This document shows, one piece after another, positions 10,102 through 18,403 of a stretch of DNA of 64,000 nucleotides. The notes below the pieces were generated by a model. The model was not told where the DNA came from. It saw only the letters and a program-made list of their open reading frames with translations, and did not search any database. A program made the translations under genes and the position numbers. The stretch lies in the NCBI GenBank assembly GCA_963774265.1, contig CAVZDU010000007.1:32001-96000 (forward strand). Direction: 5' to 3'. This stretch comes from an uncultured Chloroflexia bacterium. GTDB lineage: Bacteria; Chloroflexota; Anaerolineae; CG2-30-64-16. Position 1 is the stretch's first letter, and every line of letters starts with the position of its first letter.

Positions 10102-10692
10102 CTACTCCCCGAGTTCGCCAACCAACTCAGGCTCCCCCCATGCGGCCCACGCCCACCGATGGCTGCCCAACCCATCCGTGGCGAAGGCTAACCTCAACAT
10201 GTTGCCAGAGTGGAACGGCAATTCGATCTCGGCCGCCTCCCAGCGTACTGGCCAGCCTGCGCGGCTCCATACCTGCCAGCCGTCCACCCGGATGCGAAAC
10301 GCGACCAGTTGTTCGACGCCTTGCGAGCCATCCCGGATGCCTGTGGCAAAACGCAGCCGAAGGTTGCGCAAGCCGGCAGGGACAGGAACATGGAATTCTG
10401 CCAGTGCTTCGCCGTTTACAGGCGGATGCTCCCACAGGGCTGGACGAGTCTCGCCGCCGACTGAAGCCACCGCGGCTTTCACTTCCATGCCCGCCGGCTC
10501 TTTGGCTGCGCGAACGTCGGCTTGAGCGAAATGCTCCAGAAAGTTGTACTGCCATGCACGTTGGCCCGCATCCTCGCTCTTGCGTGGGTTGTTCTGTCGC
10601 CAGTCCAAAAAGGTCAAGAACTCGCGCACGAGCGCTTGATCGGCAGCTGGAAGCGCTGCAATCTGGTCACAGAGGTCATCGATCCCGTTCAT
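10102..10692 (-). CDS. Hypothetical protein (short DUF2281-like N-terminal helix pair + beta-sandwich-like domain)
   Basis: LPAADQALVREFLTFL N-terminus; Trp-rich beta C-terminus ending WAAWGEP. Confidence 0.6.
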   Translation of the reverse strand: MNGIDDLCDQIAALPAADQALVREFLTFLDWRQNNPRKSEDAGQRAWQYNFLEHFAQADVRAAKEPAGMEVKAAVASVGGETRPALWEHPPVNGEALAEFHVPVPAGLRNLRLRFATGIRDGSQGVEQLVAFRIRVDGWQVWSRAGWPVRWEAAEIELPFHSGNMLRLAFATDGLGSHRWAWAAWGEPELVGELGE

Positions 10693-10855
10693 TTTCGCTC
10701 CGTTACAGAATCTTCCCCATGCTACTCGTCCACGGCTACCTTTACCACGGTTTTTCTCACCGAGCAAGGGGCGCTCGCGGCGCGCCGAGCCACAGCAGGA
10801 TTGTACCACAGACGTCAACGAGCGCGTAAGAGCCGATTCTTTGCCAGGAGACAGA

Positions 10856-10884
10856 AGCGGAGGCACGACGTTGTGCCTCCGCTT
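10856..10884. terminator. Intrinsic terminator-like hairpin
   Basis: AAGCGGAGGCAC-GACGTT-GTGCCTCCGCTT. Confidence 0.6.
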
Positions 10885-10919
10885 TGGCGAACCTCGCGCG
10901 CCGTTTGCGGCGGCGCGAT

Positions 10920-12248
10920 TCAGCCGACTTTCTGCTTGAGAATCTCTTCCAGCGTGGGTTGCCCGATAATCTGTAGCTCATAGCTGACGCGCTGAAATGG
11001 GTGATATATGTTAGCGACGCGGGTAAGGTCGATGGGAGTGGCCGAGAGAACCAGGTCGCATGGCACGCGTCGGATGGTTTCTTCCAGGTCTCTGATCTGC
11101 TCGCCGCCATAGCCCATGGCTGGCAGCAACGTGCCGATATCCGGGTACTTCTCGAAGGTTTCGGTAATGGTTCCGACAGTGTAGGGCCGGGGATCAATGA
11201 TTTCTGCTGCACCGAAGCGTTGCGCGGCGACGATGCCCGCGCCGTACTTCATCTCACCGTGGGTGAGGGTGGGGCCGTCTTCAATGACCAGGACCCGCTT
11301 GCCGCGGATAGCCACAGGATCGTCAACAAAGATCGGGGAAGCCGCTTCAATAATCATCGCGCCTGGGTTGACCGCCGCCGCGCTGTTTCGCACAGCAGTG
11401 ATGGGTCCCAGGTCGGCCGTGTCCACCTTGTTAATGATGATCACATCAGCCATGCGGAAGTTGGCAGCACCCGGCCAATAGGTTAGCTCATGGCCAGCAC
11501 GGTGAGGATCGGCGACGACGATATGCAGGTCCGGCTTGTAGAAGGGCAGGTCATTGTTACCGCCATCCCATAGAATGACATCAGCTTCGAGCTCGGCCTG
11601 GCGGAGGATGGCCTCGTAGTCTACGCCCGCATAGACGATGATCCCCCTGTCGATATGCGGCTCATACTCCTCACGCTCTTCGATGGTGGTTTTGTGGAGG
11701 TCCAGGTCTTCGTAGGATGCAAAGCGCTGTACACGTTGCTTCACCAGATCGCCGTAAGGCATGGGGTGGCGAACCGCTACAACCCGCTTGCCCATGGCCT
11801 GAAGCCGGCCTGCGACGTAGCGCGTGGTCTGTGACTTGCCGCTGCCGGTGCGCACGGCGCACACGGCCACGACGGGTTTGTTGGAGGACACCATGGTGTC
11901 CTTCGGGCCCATGAACCGAAAGTCGGCGCCTGCCGCGATGACGGTCGCGGCCTTGCTCATGACGTACTGGTTGTTGACGTCCGAATATGCGAACACGACT
12001 TGGTCCACGCCCAACATCCGGATGAGCGTCGGCATTTCGTCTTCCGGGTAAATGGGGATGCCGGTGGGATACAGCGCGCCCGCCAATTCTGGCGGATAGC
12101 GGCGGCCCTCGATATTAGGGATTTGGGTGGCAGTGAAGGCGACAACTTCGTACGCCTTATTATCCCGGAACACCGTATTGAAGTTGTGAAAGTCGCGCCC
12201 TGCGGCGCCCATGATCAGAAGACGTAGCTTCGACATTGAATCATCCAC
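10920..12248 (-). CDS. Cyclic 2,3-diphosphoglycerate synthase-like P-loop GTPase (COG2403)
   Basis: MGAAGRDFHNFN, VRTGSGKSQT, RHPMPYG, WDGGNND, EDGPTLTHG. Confidence 0.88.
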   Translation of the reverse strand: MDDSMSKLRLLIMGAAGRDFHNFNTVFRDNKAYEVVAFTATQIPNIEGRRYPPELAGALYPTGIPIYPEDEMPTLIRMLGVDQVVFAYSDVNNQYVMSKAATVIAAGADFRFMGPKDTMVSSNKPVVAVCAVRTGSGKSQTTRYVAGRLQAMGKRVVAVRHPMPYGDLVKQRVQRFASYEDLDLHKTTIEEREEYEPHIDRGIIVYAGVDYEAILRQAELEADVILWDGGNNDLPFYKPDLHIVVADPHRAGHELTYWPGAANFRMADVIIINKVDTADLGPITAVRNSAAAVNPGAMIIEAASPIFVDDPVAIRGKRVLVIEDGPTLTHGEMKYGAGIVAAQRFGAAEIIDPRPYTVGTITETFEKYPDIGTLLPAMGYGGEQIRDLEETIRRVPCDLVLSATPIDLTRVANIYHPFQRVSYELQIIGQPTLEEILKQKVG

Positions 12249-12251
12249 TCC

Positions 12252-13187
12252 TTACGATGTATTTGAGCGTGGGCGGTATGTAGCACGCGCCATCAAGACG
12301 CCGAGAAAGTAAAGCCCCAATAGCGGGCCCATGACCAGCGCCATGTTGACCGGATCAACCGTAGGGGTAATAGCTGCAGCAACGAACGCGATTCCAACGA
12401 TCGCGTACCGCCACTGCTTCGCCATGGTGTGCGGTGATACGATGCCCAATCGAGCGAGCGCAGCCATGATGACAGGTGTCTCAAATGCGGCCCCGATCCA
12501 TAGCATCACGGCCAGGACGAATGAGAAGTATTCCCGAATATTCCAGTTCGCCTGGGCGATGTCGCTGCCGAAACCCTGCAAATAGCGGAGTCCGAAAGGC
12601 AACAGGATGAAATAGGCGAAGGCCAGACCAAACATGAAGAAAATCGCAACCATCGGCATCCCGATGATGCCTACGGTCCTATATACGGCGATCTCCTGGG
12701 GTGATTCGAGGGCAGGGCGGATGAAAAGCAGGGCCTGATAAAGGAGTACGGGCAGAGTTACAACGGCGGCCGCGCTGAAGATGACTTCAAAATACGTCCA
12801 GATCATATCTGTGGGCCGCAGCACCACAAGCGGAACGCCTCCCGCAGGCAAAGTCAGGAACTCCAGGATGCGATTAGCGAAGATGCCCGCAACGATCGCA
12901 CCCAGGAGCAGGGTGCCGAGGACGATGAAGATCCGCTTGCGCAACTCCACCAGATGATCGACTGTGCCGTACAGGATCTGGACGACGTCGTAGAGCGGAC
13001 TCTGGCTGTGCTTCCACACGTTGCGCGCCTGTTCGAGGGTGAGCGGATCCAGCTCTGCTTGTGAACGGCGGAAATTGGTGAGCATTAGCCAGAGTTGTTC
13101 GATGCCAGCCGGAAGCTTAGAAGGCCCAAGCAGCGCAAGTGCGACGATAACCAACAGGATTAGTCCGAATACGCCGGTGAAAGACAT
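12252..13187 (-). CDS. tatC: Twin-arginine translocase TatC with N-terminal TatA/B-like extension
   Basis: HLVELRKR, FIRPAL, FETP, AAITPTVDP. Confidence 0.9.
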   Translation of the reverse strand: MSFTGVFGLILLVIVALALLGPSKLPAGIEQLWLMLTNFRRSQAELDPLTLEQARNVWKHSQSPLYDVVQILYGTVDHLVELRKRIFIVLGTLLLGAIVAGIFANRILEFLTLPAGGVPLVVLRPTDMIWTYFEVIFSAAAVVTLPVLLYQALLFIRPALESPQEIAVYRTVGIIGMPMVAIFFMFGLAFAYFILLPFGLRYLQGFGSDIAQANWNIREYFSFVLAVMLWIGAAFETPVIMAALARLGIVSPHTMAKQWRYAIVGIAFVAAAITPTVDPVNMALVMGPLLGLYFLGVLMARATYRPRSNTS

Positions 13188-13190
13188 GCG

Positions 13191-13808
13191 CTATTGCTCC
13201 GGGACGCGAGGCGCAGCGTCTGAGGTCTGGGGTGGCGTTTCGTCTCCGTCCTGGTGCCGAGCTTCCTGAGGATTTCCCTCATTGGCGCCGTCTACGCTGA
13301 TCGCATCAGGTGGTGGGTCGATCGCGGCGGGTAAATCGGTCGCGGCAGAAGGTGAGGCATCGGGAAGTACAGGGGCCCCGTCTGAGGATGGCAACGTAGC
13401 GTCCGCCTCTGGAGGAGCCTCCTGGATCAGATCGGGCGGAGCGATGGTGTTCTCGGGCTCGATCGGCGGGGCAGGGGCCTGCTCGGCCTTGGCCGGCGCA
13501 TTGAGCTCTTTGAGCACGGACTGTCGGATGGCTTCACCCGGATTGCGGACGGCTGCCGAGACGCTGCCCATGGATTTGGCCGCATCGGCAACATCCTGGA
13601 ATGGCTCAGCGAGCTCTCTGGCGGGATTCTCAATAGCCGCACGCGTCGAGCTAATCTCCTCGGAGATCGCCCGTGTCGCGCGTCGCATGTCGCGCATGGC
13701 GCGGCCTAGTTTCGACCCGATGGTGGGCAGGCGATCAGGTCCAAAAACCATCAGAGCGACGATGAGAATCAAGATCAATTCCATGGGACCGATGCCAAGG
13801 ATATCCAC
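13191..13808 (-). CDS. tatB: Twin-arginine translocase TatB (TatA/E family)
   Basis: GIGPMELILILIVALMVFGPDRLP + amphipathic helix + acidic Pro-rich tail. Confidence 0.88.
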   Translation of the reverse strand: MDILGIGPMELILILIVALMVFGPDRLPTIGSKLGRAMRDMRRATRAISEEISSTRAAIENPARELAEPFQDVADAAKSMGSVSAAVRNPGEAIRQSVLKELNAPAKAEQAPAPPIEPENTIAPPDLIQEAPPEADATLPSSDGAPVLPDASPSAATDLPAAIDPPPDAISVDGANEGNPQEARHQDGDETPPQTSDAAPRVPEQ

Positions 13809-13810
13809 AG

Positions 13811-14269
13811 TCAGTCCTTCCCCATTATCGCATCTTCGGCCAATGCGGGTAGCGTGATGCGTTCGCCACCAGCCACTGCCGTGCCCAGAACCCCGTTGAC
13901 GAAGCGTGAGCTGTTGTCGCTGCCAAAAAGCTTGGCGAGATCCACGGCTTCATTGATGGCTACCTTAGGAGGTGTTCCTGAGGCGCCGCTCAGCTCATAC
14001 AGCGCGATACGCAATATATTGCGATCGACCACCGCGATTTGGGCCACGGGCCAAGCAGGCGCGTACTTTTGGATCAGCAGATCGAGCTGCTCCCGATGAC
14101 GCACGATCCCGCTTACGAGGTTTCGCAGGAATGTTTCCCCCTCAGGCGGCAGGGGTGTATCTTCCAGACGATGGCTTATGACATCACCGGCCGGGTGCTG
14201 TGTGGAGTCGATCTCGTATAGCGCTTGAAGGGCGCTGATCCGTGCCTGGCGGCGAGCTTGCACGCTCAT
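13811..14269 (-). CDS. nusB: Transcription antitermination factor NusB
   Basis: RRQARISALQALY, DRNILR, INEAVDLAK, FVNGVL. Confidence 0.95.
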   Translation of the reverse strand: MSVQARRQARISALQALYEIDSTQHPAGDVISHRLEDTPLPPEGETFLRNLVSGIVRHREQLDLLIQKYAPAWPVAQIAVVDRNILRIALYELSGASGTPPKVAINEAVDLAKLFGSDNSSRFVNGVLGTAVAGGERITLPALAEDAIMGKD

Positions 14270-14289
14270 GATACTCCCGTCCGGTGCGC

Positions 14290-14641
14290 CTAGTCCGCCT
14301 TGGGGGCGGCGCGAGCGACGTCGTCTACATGGACGTCGACAGCCGTGACGGACATGCCGATCATCTCTTCGAGTGCGCGTGTAATCTCGGTTTGCAGGGC
14401 CGCGCCCAGCTTAAGCACATTGATCCCTGGCTCGGCAACTACGTGCACCTCAACTTTAACACCCTCGTCGGTGACGTCAATGAGGATGCCTTCGTCGAGC
14501 GCAGAGCCCGCCGCGCAACCCGCGCATCTTGGCTGGCAAGGCAGCCAGCCGATTGATCCCGCGCTGCTCCAGTGCCGTTTGGCGCACGATGGTCGTTAGC
14601 ACCGGCGGTGCAATGGTGACCTTGCCTTGGATTTCTTCCAT
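14290..14641 (-). CDS. Asp23/Gls24 family protein; frameshift near 14510 (absent from ORF track)
   Basis: Hand translation MEEIQGKVTIAPPVLTTIV..., then in shifted frame EGVKVEVHVV..LQTEITRALEEMIGMSVTAVDVHVDDV; typical position before nusB. Confidence 0.8.
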
Positions 14642-14650
14642 CTGTCCCCC

Positions 14651-15394
14651 CTATTGCATCACCAGGCCACCGTCTACGCTGAGGACCTGGCCCGTGATGA
14701 AGGCGGCGCGGTCGCTGGCGAGAAAAGTGACAGCGTAGGCGATCTCCTCAGGCTTAGCGAAACGGCCGAGCGGTGTCACGGCGATCGCCGCGTTCTTCTG
14801 TTCGTCGGTCAGGACACTCGTGAGAGCGGTGGGCACGAAACCAGGCGCCACCGCGTTGACGGTGACGCTGCGAGGGCCCACTTCCTTAGCTAAAGACTTG
14901 GTAAATCCAATCAATCCGGCCTTTGAAGCCGAATAATTGGTTTGTCCCGCCTGTCCCGCCAGGCCTGAGACCGACGTAATATTGATGATGCGGCCGTAGC
15001 GCTGTTTGAACATGGGTCGAAGCGCGGCTTTGCTGCAATTGTATGCGCTTTTTAGATTTGTGCGCAATACCACATCCCAGTCGTCCTCACTCATCATCAT
15101 GAGCAGCATGTCGCGCGTCGTGCCGGCGTTGTTAACCAGGATATCGAGACGTGCATAGCGATCAACGGTCGCTTTGACCAGGCGCTGGGCATCGGCCAGG
15201 AGGCTGACGTCGGCTTGAATGGCCACCGCACGACCACCTGAATCAGCGATCGAGTGGACGACCTCATCAGCCCCGGCGACGCTGTCACGGTGATTGACAA
15301 CCACCACGGCGCCGTGTGCAGCCAGATCAATGGCAATGGCAGCGCCGATGCCGCGGGATGCGCCCGTGACGATCGCGATTTTACCTTTCAGCAT
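14651..15394 (-). CDS. fabG: 3-oxoacyl-ACP reductase
   Basis: TGASRGIG, NNAG, NYSASKAG, ITGQVLSVDGG. Confidence 0.95.
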   Translation of the reverse strand: MLKGKIAIVTGASRGIGAAIAIDLAAHGAVVVVNHRDSVAGADEVVHSIADSGGRAVAIQADVSLLADAQRLVKATVDRYARLDILVNNAGTTRDMLLMMMSEDDWDVVLRTNLKSAYNCSKAALRPMFKQRYGRIINITSVSGLAGQAGQTNYSASKAGLIGFTKSLAKEVGPRSVTVNAVAPGFVPTALTSVLTDEQKNAAIAVTPLGRFAKPEEIAYAVTFLASDRAAFITGQVLSVDGGLVMQ

Positions 15395-16358
15395 TCGGCT
15401 TATCTCCCCATAAGGCTGCGAGGTCGTCGGGCGTCCGCACGTTGGCAATTACGGGCTCAGGTAAGATCCGTTTGACGAGCCCGGTGAGCACGTCGCCTGG
15501 GCCAATTTCGACAAAGCGTGCGGCGCCGAGCTCCTGCATTTTGAAAACTGAGCTGGTCCATTGCACGCTTCCGGTGAGTTGGCCGATGAGCTCGTTGCGG
15601 ATCTCATCGGGCGTTTCAAGCGGACAGGCCGCCAGATTACTAACGACAGGCACATCCTGGCGACCAGGCGCACGAAGGGGCGTGGCCGCAACATGGCGTG
15701 CAAACTCCTCGGCAGCCGAGGCCATGAGCGCCGAGTGGGCAGCGATGCTGACGGCAAGTGTGCGGGACCGCCCCCCAGCCTTCTTAACCAACTCTATGAG
15801 GGCCGCAACGCCTACGGTACCCCCAGACACCACGACCTGACCGGGCGCATTATAGTTGGCTACCTGGACTACGTCACTCGTTTCAGCTTGCGCCTCCGCG
15901 CATAGGCTGGCGACCAGGGCATCATCGAGCTTAAGGATGGCTGCCATGCTGCCGGGATGTGTTTCACCCGCACGGGCCATCAGCTCGCCGCGTGTGCGTG
16001 TCAGGCGGACCGCGTCGGCAAAATCGAGATAGCCCGCGGCCACAAGTGCGCTGTATTCACCAAGGCTGTGGCCTGCGACACAGCAGGGCGCAGGCAGTTC
16101 AGGTCGGGCTGTGCGCAGGGCGCGCCAAGCAGCGATGCTCGTCGTCAGGATCGCCGGTTGGGCATTTCGTGTTTCGGTGAGGAGTTCGACCGGACCTGTG
16201 AAACAGAGTTGTGATAACTCGAAACCAAGGATCGCATCCGCCTCGGCGAAGGTGTCACGAGCGACACTGTGCAATTCGGCCAACGCCTGACCCATGCCAA
16301 CGGACTGAGATCCCTGGCCTGGGAAGATGTAGGCGGTGTTGGAGGTGGTTTGAGCCAT
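15381..16358 (-). CDS. fabD: Malonyl-CoA:ACP transacylase
   Basis: FPGQGSQ, AGHSLGEY, ANYNAPGQVV. Confidence 0.95.
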   Translation of the reverse strand: MAQTTSNTAYIFPGQGSQSVGMGQALAELHSVARDTFAEADAILGFELSQLCFTGPVELLTETRNAQPAILTTSIAAWRALRTARPELPAPCCVAGHSLGEYSALVAAGYLDFADAVRLTRTRGELMARAGETHPGSMAAILKLDDALVASLCAEAQAETSDVVQVANYNAPGQVVVSGGTVGVAALIELVKKAGGRSRTLAVSIAAHSALMASAAEEFARHVAATPLRAPGRQDVPVVSNLAACPLETPDEIRNELIGQLTGSVQWTSSVFKMQELGAARFVEIGPGDVLTGLVKRILPEPVIANVRTPDDLAALWGDKPNAER

Positions 16359-16387
16359 ATGTGCTAATGTGTACAGGTGCAGATAGA

Positions 16388-16420
16388 AGGGGGACGTGGG
16401 TCAGACCCAAGTCCCCCCTT
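16388..16420 (-). terminator. Hairpin after rpmF
   Basis: AAGGGGGACGTGGGTC-A-GACCCAAGTCCCCCCTT. Confidence 0.5.
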
Positions 16421-16458
16421 GCGGCGCCTCGCGCCGGCCGGCGACAGCTACTGTCGCA

Positions 16459-16650
16459 CTACTTGGTCGCGCTCTCGACGTCCAGAACAGTTTGGCCCTT
16501 GTAAGAGCCACAGTCGGGGCAGACGTGGTGCGGGAGGCGCATGCTGCCGCACTGCTTGCATTTGACCAGGTGCACTGGCTGAAGAGCATCATGGGCGCGG
16601 CGGCGGTCGCGGCGACCCTTGGACAGTTTACGTTTTGGATGAGGTGGCAC
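16459..16650 (-). CDS. rpmF: 50S ribosomal protein L32
   Basis: PKRKLSKGRRDRRRAH, CKQC..HHVCPDCGSY. Confidence 0.95.
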   Translation of the reverse strand: MPPHPKRKLSKGRRDRRRAHDALQPVHLVKCKQCGSMRLPHHVCPDCGSYKGQTVLDVESATK

Positions 16651-16668
16651 TGTGTACTCCTTAACTTA

Positions 16669-17220
16669 TTAGTTCTTTAACAAATCCGTCAGGCTGGCCC
16701 AACGCGGGTCAATATCAGGGCCGCAATTGCAGGTCGATTGGTTTAGGTTCGTCCCACATTCAGGGCACAGCCCTCGGCAGTCTTCTTTACAAAGCACGTG
16801 TACCGGCAGCTCGAGTAGAACATCTTGCCGCAGTACCTCGGTCAGGTCCAGGATGTGATGCTCGTCAATCCAGAGCGCCTGGTCCTCTTCTTCCGGCTTG
16901 ATCAACTTGCCCGTCGCCATGTCGACCGTAGGAACGAACATCTCTTCGAGATGTATCTCAAAATCCACGGGCACCGGCTCCAGGCAGCGTGCACAGGCGA
17001 ACTGAGTTTCCCCGGTCAGTCTGCCCTGGACAAAAACTCCTTGATTGGTGTGCATCATGCGGACTGACCCTTCGACGGTGGATGGGTCACCGCTCTCAGC
17101 AATATCCAGGTCGGGAGCCAGTTCTCGCAGATCAGCCGCCACGTCCACATGGCGATACGAACCGACTGCGTCCTTCACGAGTTGGGCGACGTTGAATCTT
17201 AGATTGTCAATCACGGTCAA
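16669..17220 (-). CDS. DUF177/YceD family protein
   Basis: CARCL..LCKEDCRGLCPECG..DPRW; upstream of rpmF. Confidence 0.92.
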   Translation of the reverse strand: MTVIDNLRFNVAQLVKDAVGSYRHVDVAADLRELAPDLDIAESGDPSTVEGSVRMMHTNQGVFVQGRLTGETQFACARCLEPVPVDFEIHLEEMFVPTVDMATGKLIKPEEEDQALWIDEHHILDLTEVLRQDVLLELPVHVLCKEDCRGLCPECGTNLNQSTCNCGPDIDPRWASLTDLLKN

Positions 17221-17303
17221 TCCACTCGCAGCCCCCAGGCATCCCGCCGTGCGATGGGTTGCTGCTCGGCGCGCAAAAATCGACGGGCCAGCGCCAAGCG
17301 ATT

Positions 17304-17332
17304 ATTATAGGTCAGGGGGCTGCCAGTGTCAA
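17304..17332 (-). promoter_or_regulatory. Sigma70 promoter for yceD-rpmF
   Basis: Perfect TTGACA-N17-TATAAT on the minus strand. Confidence 0.85.
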
Positions 17333-17363
17333 AAAACAGGTCTGTTCGCCCTTCCGTCGCGCC

Positions 17364-17849
17364 CTACCCCCCCTGAGAAGGCTCGCCTGCTTCGCCGCCT
17401 CCTTGGGCTCTGGCGAGAGCCCGCTGGCCAGCCTGGATCTCGCGCAACACACGGTTGAGGCGCGCTTCCATCATATTGAATTGGTTCATCATGTACTGGT
17501 CGGCATCGGCGCGCAACTGGTTGGCGGATTTCTCAGCTTCAGCGGTGATGTCGCGTGCCCTCTGGCGGGCAGCGACCGCGACTGCCTGATCGTCCAGCCG
17601 CACCCCGGCTTCACCGTGGGCATCTTCGATGATGCGCCGGGCCTGGGTGCGCGCTTCCGTCAGGATATGCTCGCGCTCCTTGGCGAGCCGTTGGCTATCG
17701 CGTTGCTGGTTCGGCAGCGCAGCTCGCATCTCTTCTGCAATGCGGCGAAGCGCACGTTCATCGATGAGCAGTTTTCCGCCAACGGGCATGCGCATTGCGC
17801 CTTCCATCAATCGATCAAGTTCATCGACGAGGGTCTGCATGGTCAGCAC
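17364..17849 (-). CDS. Coiled-coil protein (DivIVA/ATP-synthase-b-like) conserved downstream of coaD
   Basis: LVDELDRLM..MPVGGKLLID followed by coiled coil; synteny coaD-X-yceD. Confidence 0.75.
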   Translation of the reverse strand: MLTMQTLVDELDRLMEGAMRMPVGGKLLIDERALRRIAEEMRAALPNQQRDSQRLAKEREHILTEARTQARRIIEDAHGEAGVRLDDQAVAVAARQRARDITAEAEKSANQLRADADQYMMNQFNMMEARLNRVLREIQAGQRALARAQGGGEAGEPSQGG

Positions 17850-17855
17850 CTCTTT

Positions 17856-18383
17856 TCAGTCACGTGATGTTCGGATCGGAACTGCCCCGGCGCCATCAGG
17901 CCCAAGCCCAGCAAAGCGTGCGCTGAGGGCTGCCTGGACCGGCGCGGGCGCCAGACCCTCAATCACGCCGCCTAACATCGCCACCTCCTTGAGAATGGAT
18001 GAGCTGAGGTAGGCGTAGTCGAGACTCGTCATCAAGGAGATGAATTCGACATCGGGAGCAAGCTTCTTGTTGGTGAGCGCCATTTGGAACTCGTATTCAA
18101 AGTCGGAGATGGCGCGTAGGCCGCGCACCATAACCGTCGCGCCAATTTCCTGCGCGAAGGCCACGGTCAGGCCGCGGTAGGGCTCAACGCGAACGTTGTC
18201 AAGGTGCGCGAGCGATTCGCGCGCCAGCGCCAGGCGTTGCGCCGTATCGAAGGTAAGCGTTTTCGGCGGGCTATCGTAGATGCCGATGACAAGCTCGTCA
18301 AACAAGCGCGCCGCGCGAGCGGCGATGTCCACGTGACCGTTGTGGATGGGGTCGAAGGTGCCCGGATACAATGCTAGAACCAT
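17856..18383 (-). CDS. coaD: Phosphopantetheine adenylyltransferase
   Basis: YPGTFDPIHNGH, VRGLRAISDFEYE, LSSSILKE. Confidence 0.96.
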   Translation of the reverse strand: MVLALYPGTFDPIHNGHVDIAARAARLFDELVIGIYDSPPKTLTFDTAQRLALARESLAHLDNVRVEPYRGLTVAFAQEIGATVMVRGLRAISDFEYEFQMALTNKKLAPDVEFISLMTSLDYAYLSSSILKEVAMLGGVIEGLAPAPVQAALSARFAGLGPDGAGAVPIRTSRD

Positions 18384-18403
18384 GGTCTCCTCAATGCACT
18401 GCC

